From sequence record PZ154896.1: DNA of 64,000 bases. The stretch is one strand, 5' to 3'. The notes under the pieces were generated by a model. The model saw only the letters and a list, made by a program, of their open reading frames with translations. It made no database searches and was not told where the DNA came from. Every line of letters starts with the position of its first letter. Position 1 is the first letter of the stretch. Below, one piece after another: positions 18,125-26,627 of this stretch. Origin of the DNA: a phage. Made by a program: the position numbers and the translations under genes.

Positions 18125-18284
18125 TACTTTTTAAGCTTTCCTACTAAAGGTCCATCAGGGCCAGGTTGTTCTAACATGAATAAGGATGCTTTAAAAAGCA
18201 ATGTCAACCCTTTCACCATTCGATACCATGTCTCAAAGTCTTTTTCCTTGATTTCTAGTAAGAATTTCTCTTTAAATTTCTCTT

Positions 18285-18473
18285 TCATTTCCAAGGACTC
18301 CATGGTGGAGGGTCGTCATAATAAGAGGCAAGGTCTTTCAGGGCTTCAACAGGTAAACTAAAGCCGTGACGTTGTATAATACTATCTAGTTCATCAACAA
18401 GTTCACTACGATGCACTTTAGGAGCCTCAACTTCAGGCTCATCAAACATACTCATCAAGTCCATATTATTCAC
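18285..18473 (-). CDS. Hypothetical acidic protein (62 aa)
   Basis: ORF track. Confidence 0.45.
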   Translation of the reverse strand: MNNMDLMSMFDEPEVEAPKVHRSELVDELDSIIQRHGFSLPVEALKDLASYYDDPPPWSPWK

Positions 18474-18930
18474 CGAGATAAAAACTAGCAGGTTCAGAGA
18501 ATGTTTCTAGTGCTACACCTTTTGTCTTAAAAAATTTCCAAATAGCTCGTTGCAAATGGGTTAAATCTGCTAATGATGTAATAAAGTATTTTTTAGCAAA
18601 ATACTTATGGTCTCGCTTTTCAAACAGGTCTAAACGCTTTTCAGGATTCACATAAACGGCATTTTCCGTAGATTCATAACCTAAGTCCTTTATGCCTTCT
18701 TCAAGACTAAACGGAGAATTTTTAGAACGAGTAATAGCTCCAACTCGCTCTACACGAATTTTGTAACCTTTAGGAATCTGCAATTTACAGAATTCTTCTA
18801 CGATATATTGCGGATTATTTAGACTTTTGTTAATGAGAATAGCTATTTCTAGTGGAGTCTTATCTTCTACTGGTATATGTTTAAAAGACTTGGCTTCAAG
18901 CAAATACATTTTAAATAACATAGCATCCAT
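18466..18930 (-). CDS. Hypothetical protein (154 aa)
   Basis: ORF track. Confidence 0.55.
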   Translation of the reverse strand: MDAMLFKMYLLEAKSFKHIPVEDKTPLEIAILINKSLNNPQYIVEEFCKLQIPKGYKIRVERVGAITRSKNSPFSLEEGIKDLGYESTENAVYVNPEKRLDLFEKRDHKYFAKKYFITSLADLTHLQRAIWKFFKTKGVALETFSEPASFYLGE

Positions 18931-19109
18931 TATAATTTCCTCGATGGTTCACCCATATAAAGTTTTACAATACGTTCGCCTTCATCTTCGATGAGCTTCT
19001 CTTCGTGTTTCTGGAATTCTTTAGCCATATTCTCTTCAAGAACATCCAGCCAATCTTCCGGACCGACACCATCGTCCCAGCTTTTAAACCATTTAACTAT
19101 CTTGTTCAT
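18930..19109 (-). CDS. Hypothetical protein (~59 aa)
   Basis: ORF track trimmed to MNKIVKWF. Confidence 0.4.
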   Translation of the reverse strand: MNKIVKWFKSWDDGVGPEDWLDVLEENMAKEFQKHEEKLIEDEGERIVKLYMGEPSRKL

Positions 19110-19306
19110 TCGCAGCTCCCTGAGCTTGAACCACAATCAGAATAACTTGACCCAGAATCGCCAGGCCAAGACGATACGTATGAATGATTATAATCGGAAG
19201 AGCTTGAAGCATTAAACTGTTTTGTTTTTGGACGAACAACTTCTTCCATCATTCCGTCGCCGATATATTCCCAACTTTTTTCGTGTGTATCAGGAATAGG
19301 CATCAT
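19106..19306 (-). CDS. Hypothetical protein with Ser-rich C-terminus; start uncertain
   Basis: ORF track 107 aa overlaps upstream gene; first in-frame ATG after upstream stop used. Confidence 0.35.
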   Translation of the reverse strand: MMPIPDTHEKSWEYIGDGMMEEVVRPKTKQFNASSSSDYNHSYVSSWPGDSGSSYSDCGSSSGSCE

Positions 19307-19319
19307 ACCTTCGCCTGGT

Positions 19320-19547
19320 TTAACAGCAAACAACTTCTTCAGCATCGTAAGCATTAATTGTTCCTCGAACAAAACGGACACCACCGTCATCCCAACGGAT
19401 TTCGGCATTAAATTTGACGTCTTCACCATCCATCATGAATGAGTGTACGACTACATCATCGTAATATCCAAGACCGTATTTCAACGAAACTTCTTGAGCA
19501 ATCAAAGCACCTAATGTGTTATTAGGTTTAATCCAACGATTTAACAT
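19320..19547 (-). CDS. Hypothetical protein (~75 aa)
   Basis: ORF track trimmed to MLNRWIKP with GAGGAG RBS. Confidence 0.5.
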   Translation of the reverse strand: MLNRWIKPNNTLGALIAQEVSLKYGLGYYDDVVVHSFMMDGEDVKFNAEIRWDDGGVRFVRGTINAYDAEEVVCC

Positions 19548-19611
19548 ATTGTTCTCCTCTTGAGTAAGTAAGAATATCTTAACACAGTTTTTAGTGGTTG
19601 TAAACTGTAGA

Positions 19612-19640
19612 AACAAAAAAAGGAATCCCGAAGGATTCCT
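19612..19640 (-). terminator. Rho-independent terminator after soc
   Basis: aggaatcc-cgaa-ggattcct stem preceded by 7-nt A-run on plus strand. Confidence 0.6.
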
Positions 19641-19648
19641 TAAATTAT

Positions 19649-19885
19649 TTAACCACTTACTGGCGTAGGGGTAAACATTGCAGCGTTCTTAGTTTTCCAA
19701 TCAGCTGCATCAGAAACTACAGTAGAATATGCTGCCTTTTCTGATGGAAAGATTTGGTAATGAGAATCCGCAATCCGATGTTCGTTTGAATAAATCTCAA
19801 ACGGTACAGAAACTTCCATACCTTTAACTTCTTTGCCTTCACCGGCTGGATGCGTAAAGGTTTTGATGTTTACATAACCACCCAT
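19649..19885 (-). CDS. soc: Small outer capsid protein Soc
   Basis: 78 aa; GYVNIKTF...YQIFPSEKAAYSTV resembles T4 Soc; late promoter upstream. Confidence 0.85.
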   Translation of the reverse strand: MGGYVNIKTFTHPAGEGKEVKGMEVSVPFEIYSNEHRIADSHYQIFPSEKAAYSTVVSDAADWKTKNAAMFTPTPVSG

Positions 19886-19916
19886 AATTAACTCCTTTGT
19901 TGTTTAATTACAGGTG

Positions 19917-19924
19917 TATTTATA
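19917..19924 (-). promoter_or_regulatory. Late promoter TATAAATA for soc
   Basis: Exact T4 late consensus ~30 nt upstream of soc ATG. Confidence 0.6.
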
Positions 19925-19930
19925 ACTTAA

Positions 19931-20452
19931 TTAGTAACCATTATCCTGGCGTTCAAAGTTGTGTTGGTTTTTCAGGTAATACAGTTTGAAGATTTCTTCA
20001 GCAGAAAGTCCTAGACCTTGGAACATATTTAGAACGAAATGTAGAATATCAATCATTTCAAATTTAATTTCAAGCTGGTCTTCAGGAGACAGTTCATCGA
20101 TACGACGATTTCGATATTCAGCATGTTGTGCTTTCCAAGGCTTCCATACAGAGCTAGCGGCTTTTTCACCATTGCTCATACCACCAAGTGAAGTCAGCAG
20201 TTCACGGAATTCATCATCAATATAATCTTTCTGATTACGCAGCCAATCAACAACATCACCAGCAGTGGCCAATTCATCAGGATGTTTGTTATGTTCAGGC
20301 TTGTCATTTGCCAGACGAACCTGTAAAGATTTCTGCATATCAAGCATTACCTGCAGAGGGTCTTTATCTTCATGAATCAGAGCATTAAAATAAGCTTCTT
20401 CTGCTTTATCAACACCAGAAATAAGTTGTGAACATTCGTTAAAGTGCGCCAT
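19931..20452 (-). CDS. 56: dCTPase-dUTPase (gp56)
   Basis: MAHFNECSQLISGVDKAEEAYFN...DPLQVMLDMQ...LYYLKNQHNFERQDNGY matches T4 gp56. Confidence 0.9.
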   Translation of the reverse strand: MAHFNECSQLISGVDKAEEAYFNALIHEDKDPLQVMLDMQKSLQVRLANDKPEHNKHPDELATAGDVVDWLRNQKDYIDDEFRELLTSLGGMSNGEKAASSVWKPWKAQHAEYRNRRIDELSPEDQLEIKFEMIDILHFVLNMFQGLGLSAEEIFKLYYLKNQHNFERQDNGY

Positions 20453-20485
20453 TATTTTTCCTTTCAATTCAGTATAAGAGAGTTA

Positions 20486-20510
20486 ATTCTAACATTAATT
20501 TTATAAAGCG
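20486..20510 (-). promoter_or_regulatory. Candidate MotA-type middle promoter for gene 56 (cGCTTTA, 12 nt, TAGAAT)
   Basis: Motif and spacing; one mismatch to MotA box. Confidence 0.3.
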
Positions 20511-20541
20511 TAATAAATAATAAGGTAACTAAGGAGATATT

Positions 20542-20739
20542 ATGTTTAAACTTCCATCGTTAATCAACGCTATTAAAGGCAATAAAAAGAAAACTGCTAT
20601 CGCTGCAATAGTTGTGGGTGGCATTATTTCATGGAACTTCGGGATTGCGCCATTGTTAGTTGCCCATGGTGTTATGGTTCCTTCTGTTCCATTGGATACT
20701 GTAGTTGATTTGGCCTTTGCTATTATAGGGCTTGTTTAA
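20542..20739 (+). CDS. Small membrane protein (65 aa) on the plus strand
   Basis: ORF track; AAGGAG RBS 5 nt upstream of ATG; two hydrophobic segments; convergent with gene 61. Confidence 0.4.
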   Translation: MFKLPSLINAIKGNKKKTAIAAIVVGGIISWNFGIAPLLVAHGVMVPSVPLDTVVDLAFAIIGLV

Positions 20740-21758
20740 ATCTTCGAATAACGAGATAACCTCATTTTAGCATGCAACCCACTTGAAATATTCTGTTTCA
20801 TATATTCTAAAATTTCTTGTGGTGTTGCATTTTCTTTCATTACCATATCATTCACATCCTTTGATCTCCACGGAGCTCGGTCCCAGAACATGACACGTTC
20901 GCCTGCATCAACTAATCGCTTCATGCGAGCTATAGTATCCGGATGCCTAGGTTCATTATCCATTACCCATACCCGACGTTCTTTAAATGGTACCACATCT
21001 AAATCTATTGAGCCGCCTGTAATAGCGATTGCATTGGGTATGAATAAACTATCAATAGGGCCTTCCATTACCCAGACGTCTCCTTCCTTAACACGTTCAA
21101 CACCATAAATTTTTGTTGCAGACTCAAATGCTTTAATAGTGATATATTTCTGAGGAGCATCTTTACGAAGTGCACGTCCTTGGAATGACTCGGCCTTCCC
21201 ATCTTTATTAAAAATAGGAATCACTAAACGTGGTTCTGGAATCTCTTTCTTATACGTACCAGGTTGAATCTTGTTGACCAATTTGGGCCATTCTAATGTG
21301 AACCATAATCTGTTCCATGATTCTTTAGGAATGCATCGAGACTTAACATATTTCACAATAGGATGCTCTTCAGGCAGCTTGTCCAGACGAGAACAAGACG
21401 GCAAAGAATTTATAGTCTTTTTCTCTGGCTCCGGCTTAGCTTCAGGAACCTTTTCAATCTTTGGTTCCATTCTAGCTTTTTCTTTACGAACTTCCATTAG
21501 ATATTCGCGGTAAAGCTCTTCATCATACTCTTTTAAGTATCCGGAAATTGTATTGTGGTATTGACAATTATAGCAATGTACATTACCAGGAGTACCGCCA
21601 TAATACCATCCACGAGCTTTCATTGCATCTGTCTGGGAGTCGCCACAAACTGGACATCGAAATGTTAATTTAAATGTACTTGAATTATTGATTTGTCTAA
21701 AACGAGGTAGGTGAGAAAACGCACGATAAGCAAATTCATTATCTATCCATTCAGCCAT
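20736..21758 (-). CDS. 61: DNA primase (gp61)
   Basis: 340 aa; zinc-binding CPVCGD...CYNCQ plus TOPRIM-like core; position next to 41. Confidence 0.9.
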   Translation of the reverse strand: MAEWIDNEFAYRAFSHLPRFRQINNSSTFKLTFRCPVCGDSQTDAMKARGWYYGGTPGNVHCYNCQYHNTISGYLKEYDEELYREYLMEVRKEKARMEPKIEKVPEAKPEPEKKTINSLPSCSRLDKLPEEHPIVKYVKSRCIPKESWNRLWFTLEWPKLVNKIQPGTYKKEIPEPRLVIPIFNKDGKAESFQGRALRKDAPQKYITIKAFESATKIYGVERVKEGDVWVMEGPIDSLFIPNAIAITGGSIDLDVVPFKERRVWVMDNEPRHPDTIARMKRLVDAGERVMFWDRAPWRSKDVNDMVMKENATPQEILEYMKQNISSGLHAKMRLSRYSKI

Positions 21759-21797
21759 AGTATTCTCCAGAGGCCTTAAATTAATAAGGCCATCATA

Positions 21798-22292
21798 TCA
21801 CAACTTATTAATATTTACTTTAATTCGCTTTCTTTTCTTGGAAGGAATTTGTTCTGGACCTTTATTTACGACTGCACCTGTAGTTGTTCCTGATGCAATA
21901 GCTTGAGGACTACCGCCTGAATCACCAGCAACCATATCCTCAAATAAAGGGAGTTCTTTAAATATTTCTTTCTGTTGTTCTTCCGTAATGTTATAGCGTG
22001 AAGCTACAGCACTCCAGGCAGACATCATTGAGGCCATTCCATTAAGACCTGGAACAGTGCTCATCATTCGCTTCATTGAACGAACTGAAGCATGAAAAGG
22101 TGTATACGCAGCTTTCTCTTCGGGAGTAGAAGGACGTTTAAGAACACTTCCACGTTCATCGATGATTTTGGCTTCGTATGCTTTCCATTCGGTAAAAGGT
22201 TTTTGCATTAGTCGAATAAACTTATATGCATAAACAGAATCTATTGCAGTGTTAATAATACCCATAGGTACCTCCTGAGTATATTTAATCAA
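21798..22292 (-). CDS. Hypothetical protein (164 aa)
   Basis: ORF track. Confidence 0.55.
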   Translation of the reverse strand: MIKYTQEVPMGIINTAIDSVYAYKFIRLMQKPFTEWKAYEAKIIDERGSVLKRPSTPEEKAAYTPFHASVRSMKRMMSTVPGLNGMASMMSAWSAVASRYNITEEQQKEIFKELPLFEDMVAGDSGGSPQAIASGTTTGAVVNKGPEQIPSKKRKRIKVNINKL

Positions 22293-22482
22293 TTACAAAG
22301 ATTGCTTTGTCACCATTTACATCTGTGACTTCATATGTAGTGCCTTCATACTGTGGAATATTCCAAATTACACCATCATTAGCTTTTACGCTAATATGAC
22401 ATTGGTGTTTTGAAACAACTTCATAATCTTCAAAACTTGTAAAAACACTAATTTTAGAACCAGTGCAAATTGCAGTAGTCAT
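22285..22482 (-). CDS. Hypothetical protein (65 aa)
   Basis: ORF track. Confidence 0.4.
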   Translation of the reverse strand: MTTAICTGSKISVFTSFEDYEVVSKHQCHISVKANDGVIWNIPQYEGTTYEVTDVNGDKAIFVID

Positions 22483-22483
22483 T

Positions 22484-23143
22484 TTAACCTCGATTCATAA
22501 ATGCATTAAATATTTGGTCATCAACAGAAATTTCTAATTCGACTTCAATTGCTTCAGCCTTTTCTTCAGGTGGTAATTCGTATCCACACACTACAATTTT
22601 TTCATCGATATCAAAATACACAGAAGCAATATGATTAATGTTATTTTCGGTTAAGTCTAAATCAACATCAACATCTTTTTGACCTACACTTAAAGGATAA
22701 CTAATACGGGTTATTTTATTATCTTTAACAAAGAGACCACCGACATACTCTGTACTACGTTTGAAGTCTACACGTTTCCGAAATGAAAGATATGATGCAT
22801 CTTTACCGTGAGCTCGGCTCATAGGGCATAATGAATAGCTAGAATATGAGATGTCAAATCCTACACCTTCAATATGAGCCAACGCGTCATGATTAAACCA
22901 ATTATAATCATATGCCAAATCCATTATATTGTAATATGTGAAAGGCACCGGATTAACATCATACGTTGTACCTTTAAAATCTGCCCAGGCAACGATTTCG
23001 TTATCTTTAACAATTACAAAAATTACACCAATATGGTATCCGTTATTATTTTCATTCGGCGTTATATTATAACATTGTGCATTAGGAAATTTACCATATT
23101 TAAATGGCGCATTTTTGTGCATATAATAAATCATATTATTCAC
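22484..23143 (-). CDS. Hypothetical protein (219 aa)
   Basis: ORF track. Confidence 0.55.
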   Translation of the reverse strand: MNNMIYYMHKNAPFKYGKFPNAQCYNITPNENNNGYHIGVIFVIVKDNEIVAWADFKGTTYDVNPVPFTYYNIMDLAYDYNWFNHDALAHIEGVGFDISYSSYSLCPMSRAHGKDASYLSFRKRVDFKRSTEYVGGLFVKDNKITRISYPLSVGQKDVDVDLDLTENNINHIASVYFDIDEKIVVCGYELPPEEKAEAIEVELEISVDDQIFNAFMNRG

Positions 23144-23429
23144 CTGTGATTTCGGTTACGATATCTTTGTTATCGAAATTAGGGTCACAATACAAAACAT
23201 AATTGTACTGCATGATACCACCAGATTTAAGTTGTTCAACAACTTTATTAACCATATTAGGACGGTCTCGTTTAGTGATGTTCATGATATCAGAGAAGAT
23301 TTGTTGTTCAACATCTTCTTGATTTGCAGTCATTGACCACTCACAGAGGTCTTTATCATAACCTGCCGTAACTGGAGCTGGTGCACATGATACTGCGAGT
23401 AAGATTGCTGCCAATGATAACTTTTTCAT
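23136..23429 (-). CDS. Secreted or lipoprotein-like protein (97 aa)
   Basis: N-terminal signal peptide MKKLSLAAILLAVSCAP. Confidence 0.5.
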   Translation of the reverse strand: MKKLSLAAILLAVSCAPAPVTAGYDKDLCEWSMTANQEDVEQQIFSDIMNITKRDRPNMVNKVVEQLKSGGIMQYNYVLYCDPNFDNKDIVTEITGE

Positions 23430-23458
23430 TTTAACTCCTTAGTTGATTTGATAGGACT

Positions 23459-23488
23459 ACTATACTATAGTCCATCTATAATGTAAAC
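23459..23488 (-). promoter_or_regulatory. Early promoter cassette (GTTTAC, 18 nt, TATAGT; hairpin ggacta/tagtcc)
   Basis: Sequence pattern. Confidence 0.5.
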
Positions 23489-23492
23489 AAGT

Positions 23493-23741
23493 TTATTCTT
23501 TTTCGCGAATAATAATTACTTGTTGAGGCTGCTGAGCAGATTTCTTTTCGGCAACGATAGACCAAATTAAAGTTCCAATCCAACCAATCATCGTCCAGTT
23601 AAAGAGTAAAGATACAAAGAAGATTGCTGTTGTGCTTTTTGTGCCACGAATAAGTGCGATTACCCAAGGCAACATGTAAATGACGATTGAACCAATACCT
23701 GCGATTAAAACCGCTACTGAACTAGCTACGAATAATTCCAT
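23493..23741 (-). CDS. Superinfection-immunity-like membrane protein (Imm-like)
   Basis: 82 aa, two TM segments, LPWVIALIRG...NWTMIGWIGTLIW resembles the Imm family; not in the T4 imm position. Confidence 0.55.
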   Translation of the reverse strand: MELFVASSVAVLIAGIGSIVIYMLPWVIALIRGTKSTTAIFFVSLLFNWTMIGWIGTLIWSIVAEKKSAQQPQQVIIIREKE

Positions 23742-23769
23742 GTTAATTTCCTCTTGATTTGTTATGTTT

Positions 23770-23799
23770 ATAATATCTTGTTTTAACTTTGGCGTAAAC
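23770..23799 (-). promoter_or_regulatory. Early promoter (GTTTAC, 18 nt, TATTAT) for imm-like gene
   Basis: Sequence pattern. Confidence 0.5.
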
Positions 23800-23802
23800 C
23801 AA

Positions 23803-24171
23803 TTAATTAAATTTGTTTAAACGTTCAATACACTGGACGTAGTTATTTGCGATTTGTTTCTGTGTAGGCTCTTTACCGGTTGTTTCAACATAGCGAATGA
23901 ATGCGATTTCAGTAGCCTGTAGACAATGTTCTTTAACGCGCTGTTCTTTTGACATAGCTACGGTATCAGAATCACGATAACGTTGAGCATGGGCATCAGC
24001 TTGAATCATTCGATTACCTACAGTAACCGGGTCTTCCACTTCAACTTTAGGTTGGTCATACTGTTTAACATTCGGATTGTAAATCAGTTGGCCAACGTTA
24101 TTAGGGATAAAGCCGTGGGCACCACATCCGGTTAATCCAAATACCATTGCTAAAGCGATTAATTTTTTCAT
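23803..24171 (-). CDS. Lipoprotein (122 aa)
   Basis: Signal peptide with canonical lipobox LTGC. Confidence 0.55.
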   Translation of the reverse strand: MKKLIALAMVFGLTGCGAHGFIPNNVGQLIYNPNVKQYDQPKVEVEDPVTVGNRMIQADAHAQRYRDSDTVAMSKEQRVKEHCLQATEIAFIRYVETTGKEPTQKQIANNYVQCIERLNKFN

Positions 24172-24199
24172 TTCAATTTCCTCTGTAGTTGATAAAAAG

Positions 24200-24229
24200 A
24201 TAGTAACACAGTATGTGGTGCTTGTAAAC
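24200..24229 (-). promoter_or_regulatory. Early promoter (GTTTAC, 18 nt, TGtTACTAT)
   Basis: Sequence pattern. Confidence 0.5.
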
Positions 24230-24242
24230 AGTTATTTTAAAA

Positions 24243-24431
24243 TTATCGAAAATCTGCTTCGAAAACTTTCTCGTCATTAACAAACGCTTTAACTAATGCG
24301 TTGTTCACTTCAGCAAGTTGTATCGCAACCCACTCGATTTCTTCACGGTCACCTGATAACATGATATCTTTAGTGAACATCTCGCCGCTTTTAAACCAGC
24401 CAATAAAAGTAACTTTAGTTAATTTGCTCAT
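24243..24431 (-). CDS. Hypothetical protein (~62 aa)
   Basis: ORF track trimmed to MSKLTKV. Confidence 0.4.
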   Translation of the reverse strand: MSKLTKVTFIGWFKSGEMFTKDIMLSGDREEIEWVAIQLAEVNNALVKAFVNDEKVFEADFR

Positions 24432-24745
24432 ATTTCCTCGCAAAATGCCCATTCAGCGTGATAAACTGTAGCACCTTTAGTATTATTCATTTGAACTACG
24501 TCTACCGGAGAAATTACTCGATAGAGACGTGGTTCACCTCCATAAGAGCGTGCTGCTCGTCCTGCATAAATCTTTGCTAAACCGATATCTTCAGTAAAGA
24601 ATACACGATCCAAGTTTTTCTTACGCCCAGTTTCAGACAGAACTCCTGTTTCTTCAGGAGGACAAAGCATGTTTTCGATGTTAGCTGAACTACTTGAACC
24701 GTGATAAAAAATCTTAAATTCTGCTTTACAATCAATGGTTTTCAT
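24428..24745 (-). CDS. Hypothetical protein (105 aa)
   Basis: ORF track; GAGGAG RBS; promoter at 24775-24804. Confidence 0.5.
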   Translation of the reverse strand: MKTIDCKAEFKIFYHGSSSSANIENMLCPPEETGVLSETGRKKNLDRVFFTEDIGLAKIYAGRAARSYGGEPRLYRVISPVDVVQMNNTKGATVYHAEWAFCEEI

Positions 24746-24774
24746 TTTGTTCTCCTCTTGGTTGGTGTAAGTAC

Positions 24775-24804
24775 ATCATATCATGCCTAGAGGAAGATGT
24801 AAAC
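24775..24804 (-). promoter_or_regulatory. Early promoter (GTTTAC, 18 nt, TGaTATGAT)
   Basis: Sequence pattern. Confidence 0.5.
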
Positions 24805-24811
24805 CCCGAAA

Positions 24812-24833
24812 GGAGACCGAAGTCTCCTTTTTA
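24812..24833. terminator. Stem-loop ggagac-cgaa-gtctcc after gene 41; T-run is on the plus-strand side
   Basis: Seen in sequence; orientation of function ambiguous. Confidence 0.4.
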
Positions 24834-26276
24834 TTAAAATTTTAACTCATTGGCTAAGCTATCTAGGTCAGCACGTGTTGTTTTGGCTTTACCTACGCGT
24901 TCCGTACGATTCACCTCTGCCTGACGCATCTGAGCACCTGCGTTTTCATTTACTGTGTTAGGTGTGTTCATGCCTTCTTGCTCAATCTCAACCCATTTCT
25001 GGTTGCCTTTACGTACACCCATCAGGAATTTATTCCACTTATTCTTATCACCGTATCGTGATTTGATTTGTTTGATAAGTTGTTGTTCAGCTTGTGCAAG
25101 TTCTTCGGTTTCAATTACGGCCAACATGAAATCTGCCGTTGCTGGTAAACCTGCTGATTCTGCAATATCGCTCATGTTCATATCCGAAGCATCCCATGCT
25201 GCACGTCCTACTTGAGCGGCAGTCCATAGAACTGTTTCAGATTCTACTGCTAATGCACGAAGTTCTTCTGCGATAGCTTTAACTAATGTGTAGCTATTTT
25301 CAGTGTAAACTCTGATACGGCAAGACCCACAAATACCTAAGTAATCAACCATGATTACAGATGGCACAAAGTTCTTCTTGAGTTTCAATTCATTAAGCAA
25401 TGCACGGAATGTATTAGCATTAGCTCCGCCAGTAGGATACTGTTTAACTACTAAACGTCCTAATGTGGATTTTGAACGCCATTTTTCCATCTTGGCTTTA
25501 TATTCAGCATAAGATACGTTACCATCATCAATATCATCGAGCGATACGTCAAGCATGTTTGCATCTATACGCTTAGCACAAACTTCTTCAGCCATTTCCA
25601 TAGAAATATAAAGAACATTATGACCTGTTTGAAGATAATCTGCAGCAAGTGAACAAAGGCCTAAAGATTTACCGACGTTAACACCGGCCATTAAAACGTT
25701 CAGTGTACCAGTTTCAGCACCACCTTTAGTGATTTTATTCAGAATGTTTAATTTGAACGGGACCTTACGTGCTTTGTTCAGATAAGAAAGCCAGCGGGCT
25801 TCATAGTCTTCCATCCAGTCATGTCCAACATAACTATCAAACGAAATTGAAAGTGCTTGACGCATAATATCAGGAATAGCTCCTACATCAGGCATTTTCT
25901 TGTTACGTTGTTCTGGAGGTAGTTCAGCATTAGACTGAATCTCAATGATTTTGGATGTAGCATTATACATCGCTTTTTGCTGGACATATTTCTCAGTTTC
26001 TTTAACCAACCATTCGTGGTCTTCAGGAGTATCAGCCAATTTTTCAATTAGGTCTGAAGTTCCTTTATATTCGGCTTCAGTTAAAGAACTGTTATCTAAA
26101 GCCACCTTTAACGCATTGATAGATGGCATTGCATTATATTCGTTAACGTGGCTCTTTATAATTTTAAAGACATTTTTTGCCGGTCCACGCTCAAAATACT
26201 CAGAATCCATATAAGGCCAGACCTTAGAAAAATAAGCCTGGTCATATACTAGATGAGACAAAATAATTTCTACCAC
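24834..26276 (-). CDS. 41: Replicative DNA helicase (gp41, DnaB-like)
   Basis: 480 aa; Walker A GVNVGKS; T4 gp41-like throughout. Confidence 0.95.
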   Translation of the reverse strand: MVEIILSHLVYDQAYFSKVWPYMDSEYFERGPAKNVFKIIKSHVNEYNAMPSINALKVALDNSSLTEAEYKGTSDLIEKLADTPEDHEWLVKETEKYVQQKAMYNATSKIIEIQSNAELPPEQRNKKMPDVGAIPDIMRQALSISFDSYVGHDWMEDYEARWLSYLNKARKVPFKLNILNKITKGGAETGTLNVLMAGVNVGKSLGLCSLAADYLQTGHNVLYISMEMAEEVCAKRIDANMLDVSLDDIDDGNVSYAEYKAKMEKWRSKSTLGRLVVKQYPTGGANANTFRALLNELKLKKNFVPSVIMVDYLGICGSCRIRVYTENSYTLVKAIAEELRALAVESETVLWTAAQVGRAAWDASDMNMSDIAESAGLPATADFMLAVIETEELAQAEQQLIKQIKSRYGDKNKWNKFLMGVRKGNQKWVEIEQEGMNTPNTVNENAGAQMRQAEVNRTERVGKAKTTRADLDSLANELKF

Positions 26277-26285
26277 GATAACTCC

Positions 26286-26627
26286 TTAAAAGAATTTAAA
26301 TTTTTTCTTGGTCCGTTCATTAAAAGCTTGTTGTACTTGCATTGTAACACATTTTTCAACATGTGGTGCAAGTTCTGCTTTTCTGTCCTGGTCAAGAACT
26401 GCAAAGTCCATTACGATTTTACCATCAACCCAGTCTAGTTTTGTAATATAGACTATATGATGAGAACCATCTTCAAGCGTAATCAGAATCTCTTGAATGA
26501 CATTTTCCATTGCTGAACGGATAATTTTAAGAGATTCATTAAACACTCGTTCTTTGCGAATGTCTTCCCCTTCCGAAGAAGGGGATTCATCAACGATTTC
26601 TAGATTTAAATCATCGAGATTATTCAT
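26286..26627 (-). CDS. Small protein in gene 40 position (head-vertex assembly protein in T4)
   Basis: ORF track; ATG overlaps end of uvsX; identification positional. Confidence 0.5.
   Translation of the reverse strand: MNNLDDLNLEIVDESPSSEGEDIRKERVFNESLKIIRSAMENVIQEILITLEDGSHHIVYITKLDWVDGKIVMDFAVLDQDRKAELAPHVEKCVTMQVQQAFNERTKKKFKFF

Noticed and set aside
24428-24745. Possible ADP-ribosyltransferase-like H-Y-E motifs in the 105-aa protein (FYHGS, YAGRAARSY, YHAEW)
   Set aside because: Protein is too short and motif spacing unconvincing without a profile search; left as hypothetical.
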